The notes beneath the pieces are model-generated. The model was not told where the DNA came from and ran no database searches. It saw nothing but the letters and a program-made list of their open reading frames with translations. Below are positions 38,561 to 51,676 of a DNA stretch of 64,000 nucleotides, one piece after another. The DNA is from Daphnia carinata. Lineage: Eukaryota. Position numbers and translations under genes: made by a program. Each line of letters starts with the position of its first letter. The first letter of the stretch is position 1. The DNA lies in the NCBI RefSeq assembly GCF_022539665.2, contig NC_081332.1, positions 1,612,001 to 1,676,000 of the forward strand, given 5' to 3'.

Positions 38561-41500
38561 ATGGACAGGACTGTATTGACTCGATTGTTTGCGCTTTTGC
38601 TCGTTATTCATTGCACAGGATGGATTGGCAGTTCATCTTCTACACGAGTAAGTCTCGACGACAGTGGCTACGTCGATTTGGTGTTCGCCATCAGTGACGC
38701 AGTACCTGAGGATCAATCCGAGATCATCATTGATAACATCGAGGTATTCATCGATAATTTAATACAAATAATGGCTTAATAATTCATTCTTTTTTCAACT
38801 GTTAATTAGAAAATGATTTTAGAAGCATCTCCTGTGTTATACGTGGCGACGGGTGATCGAGCCTATTTCAAACGTGTCCAAATTCTCATTCCCCAATCTT
38901 GGACGAATGTGAATGCGACTGCCAGCAGTTGGGAAACGTTCGAAGTACGTATACGGTCTTTATTGATCATTTTGTGTGTGTGTGTGGGTTTTAAGCTCGT
39001 GTAAAATCAAATAAAGGCCGTTATTTTCTGGTTGCCACACGGCGATTAGACAGCTGACGTTATCGTGGACGCACCCAATCCGTGGCATGGTGACATGCCC
39101 TACACCCGACAGCCTGGCAAATGCGGCGAAAGAGGCGAAACAATCCATTTGACACCCAATTACATGGCCACTCTTGACCAAGAGTATAACCACTTGATGT
39201 TCGGTAAACCAGGTAAGTAAAAATGCTAAAATTATCTTTCTCTCATGAAATGTTGGAATGTTGAGCAACGCTGATTACTCGATCTTTATTCAAACAATAG
39301 GCAAGGTCTTCGTCCATGAATGGGCTCATTATCGCTACGGCGTTTTTAACGAATACGGGGATCTGGGGGATCCTCAACACAAATTGTTTTATCTCCCAGC
39401 AAATGCGAAAGACCCGGTGCCCAATATCTGCAGTAACAAGCCGCCTATCTTCCGCATTTATGATGTTAGTAACAATTCACCAACTTGTAAACGCGATCCG
39501 GCCACGCAGAATTACGACGCGAATTGTAGATTCGAATTGAACGAAGCTTTCAAGCCGGATACATCTCTGATGTCCTATCATAAACCCGATTCGGTATTTA
39601 ATTAAACATTTAATTTCATTTTTTAAAAAGGGACGCATTTGATTGAATGGTTGATTGGCAGATGGTTCATTTCTGCAAGGATGACCAAGAACACGCGCAC
39701 AATGCGGAAGCCCCAACAAAACACAACGCCATGTGCGGAGGTGCCAGCGTTTGGACGGTCGTTATGCGCAGCCCTGACTTTGCGAATAACAAGTAAAAAT
39801 TTAATTTTTCCACATGTCAATTGTTCGTAAAAAAAACGACCTCTTTCTTCACGTGCAAATGAATAGAGCTCAACAGGTCGATTTGGACATAATGCCGACG
39901 GAGTTCAACGTCGTTCGGACGGCTGGATCGCGATTCGTCCTAGTGGCAGACGTTTCCGACAGCATGAAAATCTTGGTAAATCACTTTGATTCGTAATTTA
40001 GTCAAATTGTTAGAGTGGCTCAGATCGATGAATGTCTACAGAATCGCATCGGTAAATTGGGCGAAGCTGTGCGCTCCTGGATCAAATACGATGTACCCAC
40101 TGGAAGCAAACTGGGAATGATTATGTTCAGGTTCGTCCATCTCTTTATCAATTTCAATTGAAAAATTCGCAGTTTACAACGATTGAATTTTAGTTCGACG
40201 GCTCGTGTTGCGAGTGAACTGCAGACCATCACCGACATGAAATCACGTCAGGAGATGATGAAGAAAGTGCCCAAACAATTGTTTTCTGCCACTTGTATCG
40301 GATGCGGCCTTAATCTTGCTGTCCAGGTACCCCTAACACTTAAGTGTCAAGTTCTCTTTGCTGTAACCTCTGCATTCGACAGATGCTTAGCAATCCGAAT
40401 GATGCAGAAAAAGGCGGAATCATCCTCCTAGTTACCGACGGAAAAAATTCGCCAGGTTATCTCGACATTGCCAGCGTACAGAAGGACGTTGTTAAAGCAG
40501 GCATCCGCGTCGTCAGCATCGCTTTCGGGTTCTTTTTATTCCAACGACCGCGCGAAACGAATTTACTAACGCTTAATTTAACAGGGAAGAAGCGGACAAG
40601 AACATTGAGCACCTGGCCAAAATCACCGATGGCAAAAGCTATTTCGTGAACGACAATGAAACGAGCGAAGCCCTTCAGCAGGCTTTCTTGGGCGCTAACA
40701 CGTATCAATCGAGAGTCAACGACAGAGATTTGCAATTCAAGTTGTTTGAAAAAACATTCACGGCTCAGGAATCAGAAACGGAGATCAATGACAATTTCGT
40801 TGTTGATCCGACGGTCGGTCGCAATTTGAAATTGAGCATTTTCAATCTAGAGGAACTAACAAATTTAGAGTCGATGGAACTGATCTCACCTGACGGTGAG
40901 GTCTTCAGCGAGGTTGAGTATGAAACGACCACAGCTTCGGTCACCGTAGACTTGGCGATGGTAATAACACAAATTGAAGAATTGCTGCTTGTTTATTTTT
41001 TCAAGTTAAAAATCGAACTGGTTCGTAGATCGGAAATTGGTCCCTCAACGTCAAGTTAAGCAGCGAGCAGTCTGAATTGTTATTAGTCACTGTTATAGCG
41101 CAGATGCGTCCAAACGTTACGACACCAATCAAAACTAAATGCTGGGTCCCGCAAGGTACGTACTGGACGTTTACGATTTGAATCATCCTTTACACATTTA
41201 GTAGTTGCCTGCTCTTGTTGGTTTTATTAGCTGATATTAAAAACGCCGGTAAGAACACAATTCCAGTTCGCGCTGAGGTGACGACTGGATCGAATGCGGT
41301 TGTTGGAGCCACGGTCAGGTAATTTTCGTAGTCGATTTATTTTTAATTATGTTTTAAATTAACTTGCCAACTGAATTGGGAAGAGCTTTTTTGGTGAAAC
41401 CCAACGGTGAGTCGGAAATTCTGGAGCTGCTGGACAATGGCGTCAATGCTGACACTGAGGCCAATGATGGCGTTTATTCCAGGTATTACACCAACGCCAC

Positions 41501-42556
41501 TCAGAAGGGTCGGTACACGGTCAAATGCCATGTGATTAGCAATGAAGACACTGTCCAGAGTTCAGGCTTTTTTGGCTCTGCCAGCCCTCAGCTTCGCGGT
41601 ACGAAGAACACCCTATCTCTTTGATATGCAACAATTTTTGATTGACTGCCTCGTTCTTTGTTTTAATGTGCAGGTAATTTAATTCATGAAAACGGCGCAG
41701 GGACTCCTCTGGCCGCTTTTACTCGCATCGTTTCTGGTGGATCGTTTCAGGTTTTACTTATTTTTTTGAGCTGTTCATTGAATTCTAGATTCTTCAATTG
41801 ATTGATGAATTTGTTGTGATAGGTGGAAATACCCGTGTCGAGTTACGATGCTTATCCACCAAGTGAAATCAGGGATCTTTCTGTCACGTTAGTTGATGAA
41901 ACAGAGGGACACATCATGATGGATATGAAATGGACTGCTCCCGGTGACGATCTCGATTATGGCACTGGTACATTTTTCGTATTCATTTCCTTTATCTAAT
42001 CGAAGTGTTTATAATTGTCCTGCGCGTATCTCTTGAATGCGTAGTTGCTTATTATGTACTGAGGTATTCAGACACGCCGGACTACGTGATAAACTACAAC
42101 TTTGACGATGAATATTCTGCTCGCAAGAAGCGCTCCGCCATCAAAGAAGATGATCTCGTGGCCGGTTCACTCGAACCCATCGAAGCTGGCTCCTTGCAAA
42201 CGGCCACCTTCTTGCTATCCGATATCGATCTGGACCGACCTTATTACGTGACACTACGGGCAGTGGACAAAGCTGGAAAGGTTGGGCAAGTCTCCAACGT
42301 GGTCGCTTTCTTTGTACCAGACAAATTAGCTATGCTGGCTAGGAATAATTTGGAAGGATCCGCCGGATATGAAACAAAAGATATCATCAATGTGAATCAA
42401 TCGGGCTTTCACGTCACCTCGTTGTTGGTTGCAGCCTTTGGGCTTCTTTTGATCGCCTGTCTGTGTGTGGCCTTATTGATGGCCATCGTCAAACGCTCTA
42501 GAGCCTATCCAGTATATTCTGGTGTCCCGACTAGTAAGGATCATAGTTATCCTTGA
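38561..42556 (+). CDS. CLCA: CLCA-family protein, subfamily B copy 3 (motif variant GVFNEY)
   Basis: HEWAHYRYGVFNEY, VADVSDSM, FnIII YPPSEIRDL, TM. Stop TGA at 42554-42556. Confidence 0.9.
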
Positions 42557-42965
42557 AATGAGTATACAGACTCGAGGTTTATTCAGTTAACGTCCCGAAA
42601 TGTTTCGATGTTAGAAAACGTTAACAAGCAATCCACATAGAACAGTACCGAGGGTTAAACCAAATTCATTTAAAAGCAAGCTTAGTTTTGTAGGGAAGAT
42701 ACGAAAATTCTAGCGATTATTTAGGTCGAAACAGACAGGTAAGTGCTGAGGCATTTCATCCAACTGCCACCATGCCCTTAATAGTACTTGGAAATTGTTC
42801 TTATTCGTGACATTTTCATTAAAATAGATTCATTCCGTATAGTTGAATCGATTTACCATGCTTCACTTGAAAAAATTGCAATGTATATGCCTGCCGGGTG
42901 TGTCCATACAGATATATAAACGAGTGTAAGGTCATCATAATTTTCAAAACAAAAGTGTTCGTTCA

Positions 42966-43400
42966 TCAATAGCCGTATCCGCTGTAATAGCCATGTCCGT
43001 ATCCAGCGCCATAGCCTGTAGATTCAACAATACATTATCCATTTTAAAATTAATACCGTTACTATAATGTTAATAATTGCTCATAGTATAGTAAACAACA
43101 GCCAAAATAATACCTCCATATGGATAGCCATATCCGCCATATCCGCCATATCCACGATATCCACCGTAGCCTCCGTATCCACCGTAGCCACCATAACCAC
43201 CATGGCCATAATATAATTTAACTTTTTTCGCCATTGCCACAGCGACGATCATCAAAACAACCACAAGCAGCGTGATCTACACAATACAGCAAAAGAAAAC
43301 AGGTAGATTGCATACACTACATCACATGGAACACTTATTTTATTTGGTTTGGAAATGTTCAATAATTATAACAAAAACGTACTTTGAAATTAACTGCCAT
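42966..43400 (-). CDS. Small secreted Gly/Tyr-rich peptide
   Basis: MAVNFK|ITLLVVVLMIVAVAMAKKVKLYYGHGGYGGYGGYGGYGGYRGYGGYGGYGYPYGG|YGAGYGHGYYSGYGY*. Confidence 0.87.
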
Positions 43401-44624
43401 CGTGTTGAAGAACTGGGACAGTCTTTGTGCGAGTGTTGTCTTCTTAGACGGAGTTGCAGACAAGTTGTGACGAACCGGTTGGAGCACTCCGGTTTTTATA
43501 CCGATTCCCCGATGGTACAGACAGAAGTAAATGAAAGAAAATAACCGGTTACATGCGGTGCACTTAAAAACGTGCAAATCGCTACTGACGGTAGCCCTAC
43601 ATCTAGAACTGCGAAGGTTACATACTAGCTATTCAGCAATTTCAAAATGAATCGATTGCAGAGGACGTACCTAGTTGCTGCAGTCCAATGGGGTTGTTTG
43701 TCCTTCTTTTCTATTTTACATCTATGACCTGACCTGCACATTTTCTCTTCTGAGCAATCTCCTTGACAGTGTCGTCGCCAACGTGTACCACGCGCGGTGC
43801 CAGGAGTTTAGTGGTACAGGTGCTCTTGAAATTTAGTGCGCATTGGAGAACGCGAGTGAAAGGGAAATTGCCAAAAGACGAGAGAGTTTGCTATTAAAAT
43901 TTATCGTTGTGGTTTAGCAGGGGAATTCCTGAAAAAAAACGGACATTTGGGGTGAACGAAAACGCGAGTTAAGTGTCGTTTTGTTTAGAGTTAACCTCGT
44001 CTCGGTGCGCTGATTCTGCGAAGGAGAACGGATGTTCTCATGGTAATTGACGTAACACGTAAGTATTTGCCCATTTAAATAGCTACGCATTTTCTCGTTC
44101 ATGTTGTAGAACGTGTGGACTAAATAGATTCTTGGAATTTCCATAATTAGCATTCGTCATTGAGAAAATGCTGAAGGTGAATTAGCGTACTCTTCCCCAA
44201 GTGAATGTTTTTCGTTTGTTTCGTGCCCTACCTTCTTTTGTTTTGCGCAGTGTCATTAGCCCTTTTCAGGCCGACCTAAATAGTAAGAAGACATAAGTTT
44301 GTTACGTCACACCAACCATTATATTCCGTTTAAACTATTTCTCGTGCCCCTTCGTTTGTCCTTTTTTCATTCGACCATTGCTGTACGTATTGCACCAGAA
44401 CAGAGCCAACTCTAATTGACAGACTCGACATCTCTTTGCTAATCTTTCTTCATCTTTACCTTATTTAAATTACATGACAAGTCAATCGGGTCTTCCGACT
44501 GCTATAAGGTAGGGAAAAGATTCTTTCACGCTGTTCTTCACGTTCAATGCGATATGTAAAATGCGAAACTGGACATTGATAAGCACTATATTGATCTGAA
44601 CATAAATTTAATCTCATTTTTTAA

Positions 44625-44697
44625 GCCTCTATGGCCTAATGGATAAGGCACCGGCTTCCTAAGCCGGGGATTGCGGGTTCGAGTCACGCTGGAGGTA
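44625..44697 (+). tRNA. tRNA-Arg(CCT)
   Basis: 73 nt; acceptor GCCTCTA/TGGAGGT pairs, anticodon CCT, one G-A mismatch in the T stem. Confidence 0.75.
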
Positions 44698-44879
44698 CAG
44701 ATGAAACTTTAATTGCCCGTGAATTCACGATGAACTTGTACACAGTTAGTGCAATTTGTGTGAGGTCCCACATCAGTTGTTGAATGCGAGCGATGAATCA
44801 CTTTGTCAATAGTCTCTTTGATTTGTTTATGTTCTTTATAAGGAATGATGGTTTGTATATGCAAGACAAATGTTTTGTG

Positions 44880-44999
44880 TCTCCAGTGGCGCAGTTGGTT
44901 AGCGCAAGGTACTTATAAGACAGTAATGAATTGTGCTAATAGATTCTGCAATGTACGGAAGTAATGCCGAGGTCGCGAGTTCGAGCCTCGCCTGGAGAA
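44880..44999 (+). tRNA. tRNA-Ile(TAT) with about 46-nt intron
   Basis: Full cloverleaf after intron removal, A27-G43 mismatch, T-run downstream. Confidence 0.82.
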
Positions 45000-45187
45000 T
45001 TTGTTTTAAATTACTGGATTGAAACTGATGTTCGTGTTTGCAGGTGTTTCTTCGGAAGCAAAACAAGTTATAACTTTTTTTTTTTTAGAAATTGTGTTTA
45101 TTTTTGAAAATTAAGTGAATTGGATACATGAGTTTACAGGAAAGCCAATGTCAAAACAAAAGGTTACACCGTTTCATTGTAGAGAGT

Positions 45188-45596
45188 TCAGTAACCATAT
45201 CCGCCGTAGTAACTGGGTCCGTATCCTATGCCGTAATGTTATGTTTTATAGCATTTTAAAATAAGTTAAGTAGAGATAACGTATTTGTTACCTCCATATC
45301 CTCCATATCCATGTCCATATCCATGTCCATATCCTCCATATCCATGTCCATATCCTCCATATCCATGTCCATATCCGCCATATCCATGTCCATATCCGCC
45401 ATACCCACCATATCCTCCATAACCACCATGGCCATAATATAATTTGACTTTTTTCGCCATTGCCATAGCGACGAACATCAAAGTCACGAAAAGCAATGCA
45501 ACCTGCAACGCCATACAAAAAACCATAAAAATTAAAATCAATTCGAAATCTTGCTTAGTTTAATAATATCGTACTCACTTTGAAATTGCCTGCCAT
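45188..45596 (-). CDS. Small secreted Gly/Tyr/His-rich peptide (GYGH repeats)
   Basis: MAGNFK|VALLFVTLMFVAMAMAKKVKLYYGHGGYGG...(YGHGYGG)n|YGPSYYGGYGY*. GT-AG introns; TATAAAT upstream. Confidence 0.87.
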
Positions 45597-46611
45597 TTTT
45601 TCTTTGGAATTAAGACGATGTATGTTGCGCTGGAACGTTCTCTTCTTTATCGAAGCTTTGCGGATGTGTTTGGGACGAACCTAGGTGGGCTGTTCCATCA
45701 TTTATACCAATCCCTGGCGGTAGGCGGAGCAAAAAAAAAAAACCTAATTAACTACAACTTCAATGAATGGGTGTAACGCCTATTTTCTATTGCACAATCC
45801 CCTCTCCCGGACCCCTTCATTACTTTCTCTGCGTGTATCGTCTTTACTTTGGCCGGTGCCAGCAGGTCCCTGGCACGCGTGGTCTTGAAACAGACCGACA
45901 CGTGCGCTATGAAGGACACGACAGAAAAGAGAGACCTGCACATTGCGAAAGTATACTCAAAATTAATTTGAACGAAAAAGCTAAAACTGTAACGACAGAA
46001 ATCCCACCCCAAAATTCTATTTCATAGTTTAACAGGTGAGCTAGCGAGTCATCGTTTTCTTATTCAGAATTGCTAATAGCAATGAACGACGTATTTCCCC
46101 TTCTTTTTAATGATTCTATACAGGACAAATGAATTCTTAAATTGAATAGATCATGTAAAATGTTATAAGCTTTCAGGCTGAGCAAAAAGGCCTTTTAGAA
46201 GTGAAGTGTTGCTCTGTTTCTTACCCTGCCCACCTGGTTTCGAGAATGTCCTTAGTCGTTTTAGTTTTATCTGCTTCCAGTAGAATGTGAGAAACAGCTG
46301 AACAAGTGATAGCTCTCCCTTCCCACAGTTTCAGCATTTGGTTCCAGTTGTTCAAAACGCCTGAGTCCATCGCTAGACAGAGACCTAGAAACAACGTGGA
46401 TGTAGTTGTGCAGCGTAGAGAGAATTGGGCATGTGGCTGAGCCTTTGATCTGTGATTTTGTTTGACACATATTCATACAACTATCTAATGAATAGGTACA
46501 CAGGAACTTTGTTTTCATATATTTTATTATTGATATATTATATTTTTTATTTGATATTTCATTTGACATCTCTGTGATGTATATAGATATGTATTCCAGA
46601 ACGTGTGGCGC

Positions 46612-47839
46612 TTAGTAGTCGCGAGCAACGTTACCCGAAGTGATGAAGACGGATCCAGTGCCCGGGGCAGTGCCGGTCTGGGAAACACGGCCAAAAGCGG
46701 AGTCATCAGAGGTAAAAACTGGTGCGGAGTAAGTACGAGAAGTTCCAGCAGGACCGCCGACTGAAGACGAGGTGAATACCGTAGATGAGGACGAAGGAGA
46801 AGTGAAGACCGGTGCGGAATACGTGCGGGAGTTGGCACCCGGGGCGGTAACAGATGAAGCGGTTAAAACGCGAGCAGAACCAGCAGGGCCGGTAACAACT
46901 GGTGCGGAGTAAGTACGAGATGATACAGCAGGAGCTGTGATCGGAACGGAAGTGATTACAGGTGCTGTGACTCCCGAAGACGTGAAAACTTGGCCGGAGT
47001 AAATGCGGGAGGCGTCCCCAGAAATGCTGGCACCAGGAGAGGTGAAAACGGGTGCGGAGTAAGTGCGAGAAGCTGCAACTGGAGCGACGACCGAAGACGA
47101 GGTGAATACATCGCCGGAATGGGTACGAGTGGTGGCTCCCGAAGTGCGGCCAGCAGAAGAAACGAAGACCGGTGCGGAATAAGTGCGTGAGTTAGCACCT
47201 GGAGCCGTAACAGATGAAGTGGTTAAAACGCGGGCAGGACCAGCAGGACCGGTAACAACTGGTGCGGAGTAAGTACGAGATGATACAGCTGGAGCGGTGA
47301 CAACTTGAGAGGTGAATACAGGTGCGGAGTAAGCCTGGGCTGAGTAGTGGGCTGGAGCGGGGATCTTGGCTTCACCTTCGTACTTGACATCAGCAACGTA
47401 TCCGTAGCCATCATCTTTGTACGTTACGGTTTGAACACGGCCATCGGGGAGGAGGACGCGGTAATTGCCGGTGGTTACTTTGCTGTCGCTGGTCTCATAG
47501 TGGCCGTAGTCGTTGCCGTAACCATCGTAGACGGCCCAGTTGAAAGCGTATGGCTGGGCGGGCTATTAAATGAGCAATTGTTCATATAGAAACTGCTTTG
47601 AAACTGATAAAAGAAACGCAAATTGGACTTACGTATTCCTTGACCTCGTACGTCGAAGGTAAATAAGATGGCCTTTGGTAAGATGGAACTGGATAAGTTG
47701 AGTCGGGATAGGCGGAATTGGCTGCGGCTACAGCGATCAAGGCGGTGAGTACGAAGAACTTGAGAATTGAAAAATGTAACTGATTAGAATTGAACAATAA
47801 TTTTAAATATTTGGAATGCACAGGTAATTTTACCTGCAT
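46612..47839 (-). CDS. Cuticular protein RR-2, long SRTYSAPV type
   Basis: ATG at 47839; exon 3 47562-46612 is 951 nt and in frame; GNYRVLLPDGRVQTVTYKDDGYGY; ends NVARDY*. Confidence 0.9.
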
Positions 47840-48277
47840 GTTGAGGAGTTGATAGAGCGATTGAGACTGGTGGCTAACTGATGCTCTTACTGCTGTTCGT
47901 TCGCCCTTATATACCTCAGCGCAACTACCCTGCGCTTTTCTTTCTTCAGATGCCTTTTACCAAGGTCTAATTAAGAATACATCCGATTGTTCCACAATTG
48001 ATTAATGAAAGGAAAAGTGTTCGTATCTGACCTGTTGTTTGATCTTTGCAACGGTCAAATGAAAAGTGCCCTAACATCGGGTTCTTTCCCTACAGTGTTC
48101 TATATTTCGGACTTTCCAACAAATGCGGTCTACATTTTTAAATGTAACGCGATTTCTTAACTGTTTAATTATTCAAAGATTATGGTGTTGGCTTTTCCCT
48201 TTGTTTGTTGATTTCACTTTTTGTTGCAGTTATCGTATCAAAAATGGACGAATTCTAAGCCAACTGTATTGAGCAGT

Positions 48278-48350
48278 GCCTTTGTGGCCTAAAGGATAAG
48301 GCACCGGCCTCCTAAGTCGGGGATTGCGGGTTCAAGTCCCGCAAGAGGTA
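48278..48350 (+). tRNA. tRNA-Arg(CCT), possibly degenerate
   Basis: 73 nt, anticodon CCT, mismatches in the acceptor (G7-A66) and anticodon stems. Confidence 0.65.
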
Positions 48351-48513
48351 TTCACGAAGCTGATAATTGATTTCAATTGTTAATTACCGACACTAATAGG
48401 ATCTTACACGATACGTTAATAAGGTCTAGTTTATTTATCAAGTAATCGCTACTCAATGATTTCTTTTCAAATGTTACTAGTCATTCGGTTAAGTATGAAA
48501 TGGTAGGTACTTG

Positions 48514-48633
48514 TCTCCAGTGGCGCAGTTGGTTAGCGCATGGTACTTATACGACAGTAACTGAATGTGCTGATTAAGGATGATATGATTGCAAGCTATG
48601 CCGAGGTCGCGAGTTCGATCCTCGCCTGGAGAA
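48514..48633 (+). tRNA. tRNA-Ile(TAT) with about 46-nt intron
   Basis: All stems intact; TTTT terminator immediately downstream. Confidence 0.88.
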
Positions 48634-49032
48634 TCTTTTGCAACTGTTGTTCGGTACACATCTTGAAAGTGTCTGACAGCTGAGTTTGTTTGGCCAAGTA
48701 GCTAGAACAATAAATGGAGACTATCATATGATTACAGGTAAGCAATTGGTCATCTAAAGTAATGTAACGTAGTCAATTTTTACACGTAAACTTCTATTTC
48801 TTTTGAATTCAGGGAGCGATAACGTCCAATTGATTTCTCGACGATTAAACTTGTAAGCTTCAAAGTGGCCTCCATTCCTTCCTGGAAAAACAAAAGAGAT
48901 CTGCTTTCCCTGAAAACACTTGGCCTGGTGTTCATTTTGACTTTTATCGATCAAGGTAAGAAAACGAAAATCTACCGCACAGAAAGAGGTTGTGCGAAAC
49001 GGTATTCTTTCATAGAAGCTTTAACGAGATGC

Positions 49033-50841
49033 CAAACATTCACGGCAGAGGAATCAGAAACGGAGATCAATGACGATTTCGTTGTTGATCCGACGGCAAC
49101 GCCAACGCAATTTGAAATTGAGCGTTTTCAATCTAGAGGAACTAGCAAATTTAGAGTCGATGGAACTGACCGCACCTGATGGTACTGTCTTCAGCGAGGT
49201 TGAGTATGAAACGACCACAGCTTCGGTCACCGTAGACTTGGCGATGGTAATAACACAAATTGAAGAATTGCTGCTTGTTTATTTTTTCAAGTTAAAAATC
49301 GAACTGGTTCGTAGATCGGAAATTGGTCCCTCAACGTCAAGTTAAGCAGCGAGCAGTTTGAATTGTTATTAGTCACTGTTATAGCGCAGATGCGTCCAAA
49401 CGTTACGACACCAATCAAAACTAAATGCTGGGTCCCGCAAGGTACGTACTGGACGTTTACGATTTGAATCATCCTTTACACATTTAGTAGTTGCCTGCTC
49501 TTGTTGGTTTTATTAGCTGATATTAAAAACGCCGGTAAGAACACAATTCCAGTTCGCGCTGAGGTGACGACTGGATCGAATGCGGTTGTTGGAGCCACGG
49601 TCAGGTAATTTTCGTAGTCGATTTATTTTTAATTATGTTTTAAATTAACTTGCCAACTGAATTGGGAAGAGCTTTTTTGGTGAAACCCAACGGTGAGTCG
49701 GAAATTCTGGAGCTGCTGGACAATGGCGTCAATGCCGACACTGAGGCCAATGATGGCGTTTATTCCAGGTATTACACCAACGCCACTCAGAAGGGTCGGT
49801 ACACGGTCAAATGCCATGTGATTAGCAATGAAGACACTGTCCAGAGTTCAGGCTTTTTTGGCTCTGCCAGCCCTCAGCTTCGCGGTACGAAGAACACCCT
49901 ATCTCTTTGATATGCAACAATTTTTGATTGACTGCCTCGTTCTTTGTTTTAATGTGCAGGTAATTTAATTCATGAAAACGGCGCAGGGACTCCTCTGGCC
50001 GCTTTTACTCGCATCGTTTCTGGTGGATCGTTTCAGGTTTTACTTATTTTTTTGAGCTGTTCATTGAATTCTAGATTCTTCAATTGATTGATGAATTTGT
50101 TGTGATAGGTGGAAATACCCGTGTCGAGTTACGATGCTTATCCACCAAGTGAAATCAGGGATCTTTCTGTCACGTTAGTTGATGAAACAGAGGGACACAT
50201 CATGATGGATATGAAATGGACTGCTCCCGGTGACGATCTCGATTATGGCACTGGTACATTTTTCGTATTCATTTCCTTTATCTAATCGAAGTGTTTATAA
50301 TTGTCCTGCGCGTATCTCTTGAATGCGCAGTTGCTTATTATGTACTGAGGTATTCAGACACGCCGGACTACGTGATAAACTACAACTTTGACGATGAATA
50401 TTCTGCTCGCAAGAAGCGCTCCGCCATCAAAGAAGATGATCTCGTGGCCGGTTCACTCGAACCCATCGAAGCTGGCTCCTTGCAAACGGCTACCTTCTTG
50501 CTATCCGATATCGATCTGGACCGACCTTATTACGTGACACTACGGGCAGTGGACAAAGCTGGAAAGGTTGGGCAAGTCTCCAACGTGGTCGCTTTCTTTG
50601 TACCAGACAAATTAGCTATGCTGGCTAGGAATAATTTGGAAGGACCCGCCGGATATGAAACAAGAGATATCATCAATGTGAATCAATCGGGCTTTCCGTC
50701 ACCTCGTTGTTGGTTGCAGCCTTTGGGCTTCTTTTGATCGCCTGTCTGTGTGTGGCCTTATTGATGGCCATCGTCAAACGCTCTAGAGCCTATCCAGTAT
50801 ATTCTGGTGTCCCGACTAGTAAGGATCATAGTTATCCTTGA
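49033..50841 (+). pseudogene. 5'-truncated CLCA pseudogene (copy of about 40752-42556)
   Basis: Begins mid-exon and lacks the signal peptide, protease and vWA exons. Frameshifting indels at about 49097-49105 and about 50696 (before the TM). Confidence 0.88.
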
Positions 50842-51250
50842 AATGAGTATACAGACTCGAGGTTTATTCAGTTAACGTCCCGAAATGTTTCGATGTTAGA
50901 AAACGTTAACAAGCAATCCACGTAGAACAGTACCGAGGGTTAAACCAAATTCATTTAAAAGCAAGCTTAGTTTTGTAGGGAAGATACGAAAATTCTAGCG
51001 ATTATTTAGGTCGAAACAGACAGGTAAGTGCTGATGCATTTCATCCAACTGCCACCATGCCCTTAATAGTACTTGGAAATTGTTCTTATTCGTGACATTT
51101 TCATTAAAATAGATTCATTCCGTATAGTGGAATCGATTTACCATGCTTCACTTGAAAAAATTGCAATGTATATGCCTGCCGGGTGTGTCCATACAGATAT
51201 ATAAACGAGTGTAAGCTCATCATAATTTTCAAAACAAAAGTGTTCGTTCA

Positions 51251-51676
51251 TCAATAGCCGTATCCGCTGTAATAGCCATGTCCGTATCCAGCGCCATAGC
51301 CTGTAGATTCAACAATACATTATCCATTTTAAAATTAATACCTTTACTATAATGTTAATAATTGCTTATAGTATAGTAAACAACAGCCAAAATAATACCT
51401 CCATATGGATAGCCATATCCGCCATATCCACTATATCCACCGTAGCTTCCGTATCCACCGTAGCCTCCATAACCACCATGGCCATAATATAATTTGACTT
51501 TTGTCGCCATTGCCACAGCGACGATCATCAATACAACCACAAGCAACGTGATCTACACAATACGGCAAAGGAAAACAGGTAGATTGCATACACTACATCA
51601 CATGGAACACTTATTTTATTTGCATTAGAAATATTCAATAATTATAACAAAAACGTACTTTGAAATTAACTGCCAT
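51251..51676 (-). CDS. Small secreted Gly/Tyr-rich peptide
   Basis: MAVNFK|ITLLVVVLMIVAVAMATKVKLYYGHGGYGGYGGYGSYGGYSGYGGYGYPYGG|YGAGYGHGYYSGYGY*. Confidence 0.87.

Larger units (their letters stand above)
25440..44200 (+). repeat. Three tandem units of about 6.1-6.6 kb (CLCA subfamily B + convergent Gly/Tyr peptide gene)
   Basis: Homologous anchor AATTCTAGGGGAT at about 25442, 32012 and 38123; same gene order in each unit. Boundaries approximate. Confidence 0.8.

Noticed and set aside
45288..45518. Trp/Arg-rich ORF (WRIWTWI)n resembling a Trp-rich antimicrobial peptide
   Set aside because: It is the shifted frame of GGY/GHGY codons, starts inside an intron, and has no independent support.
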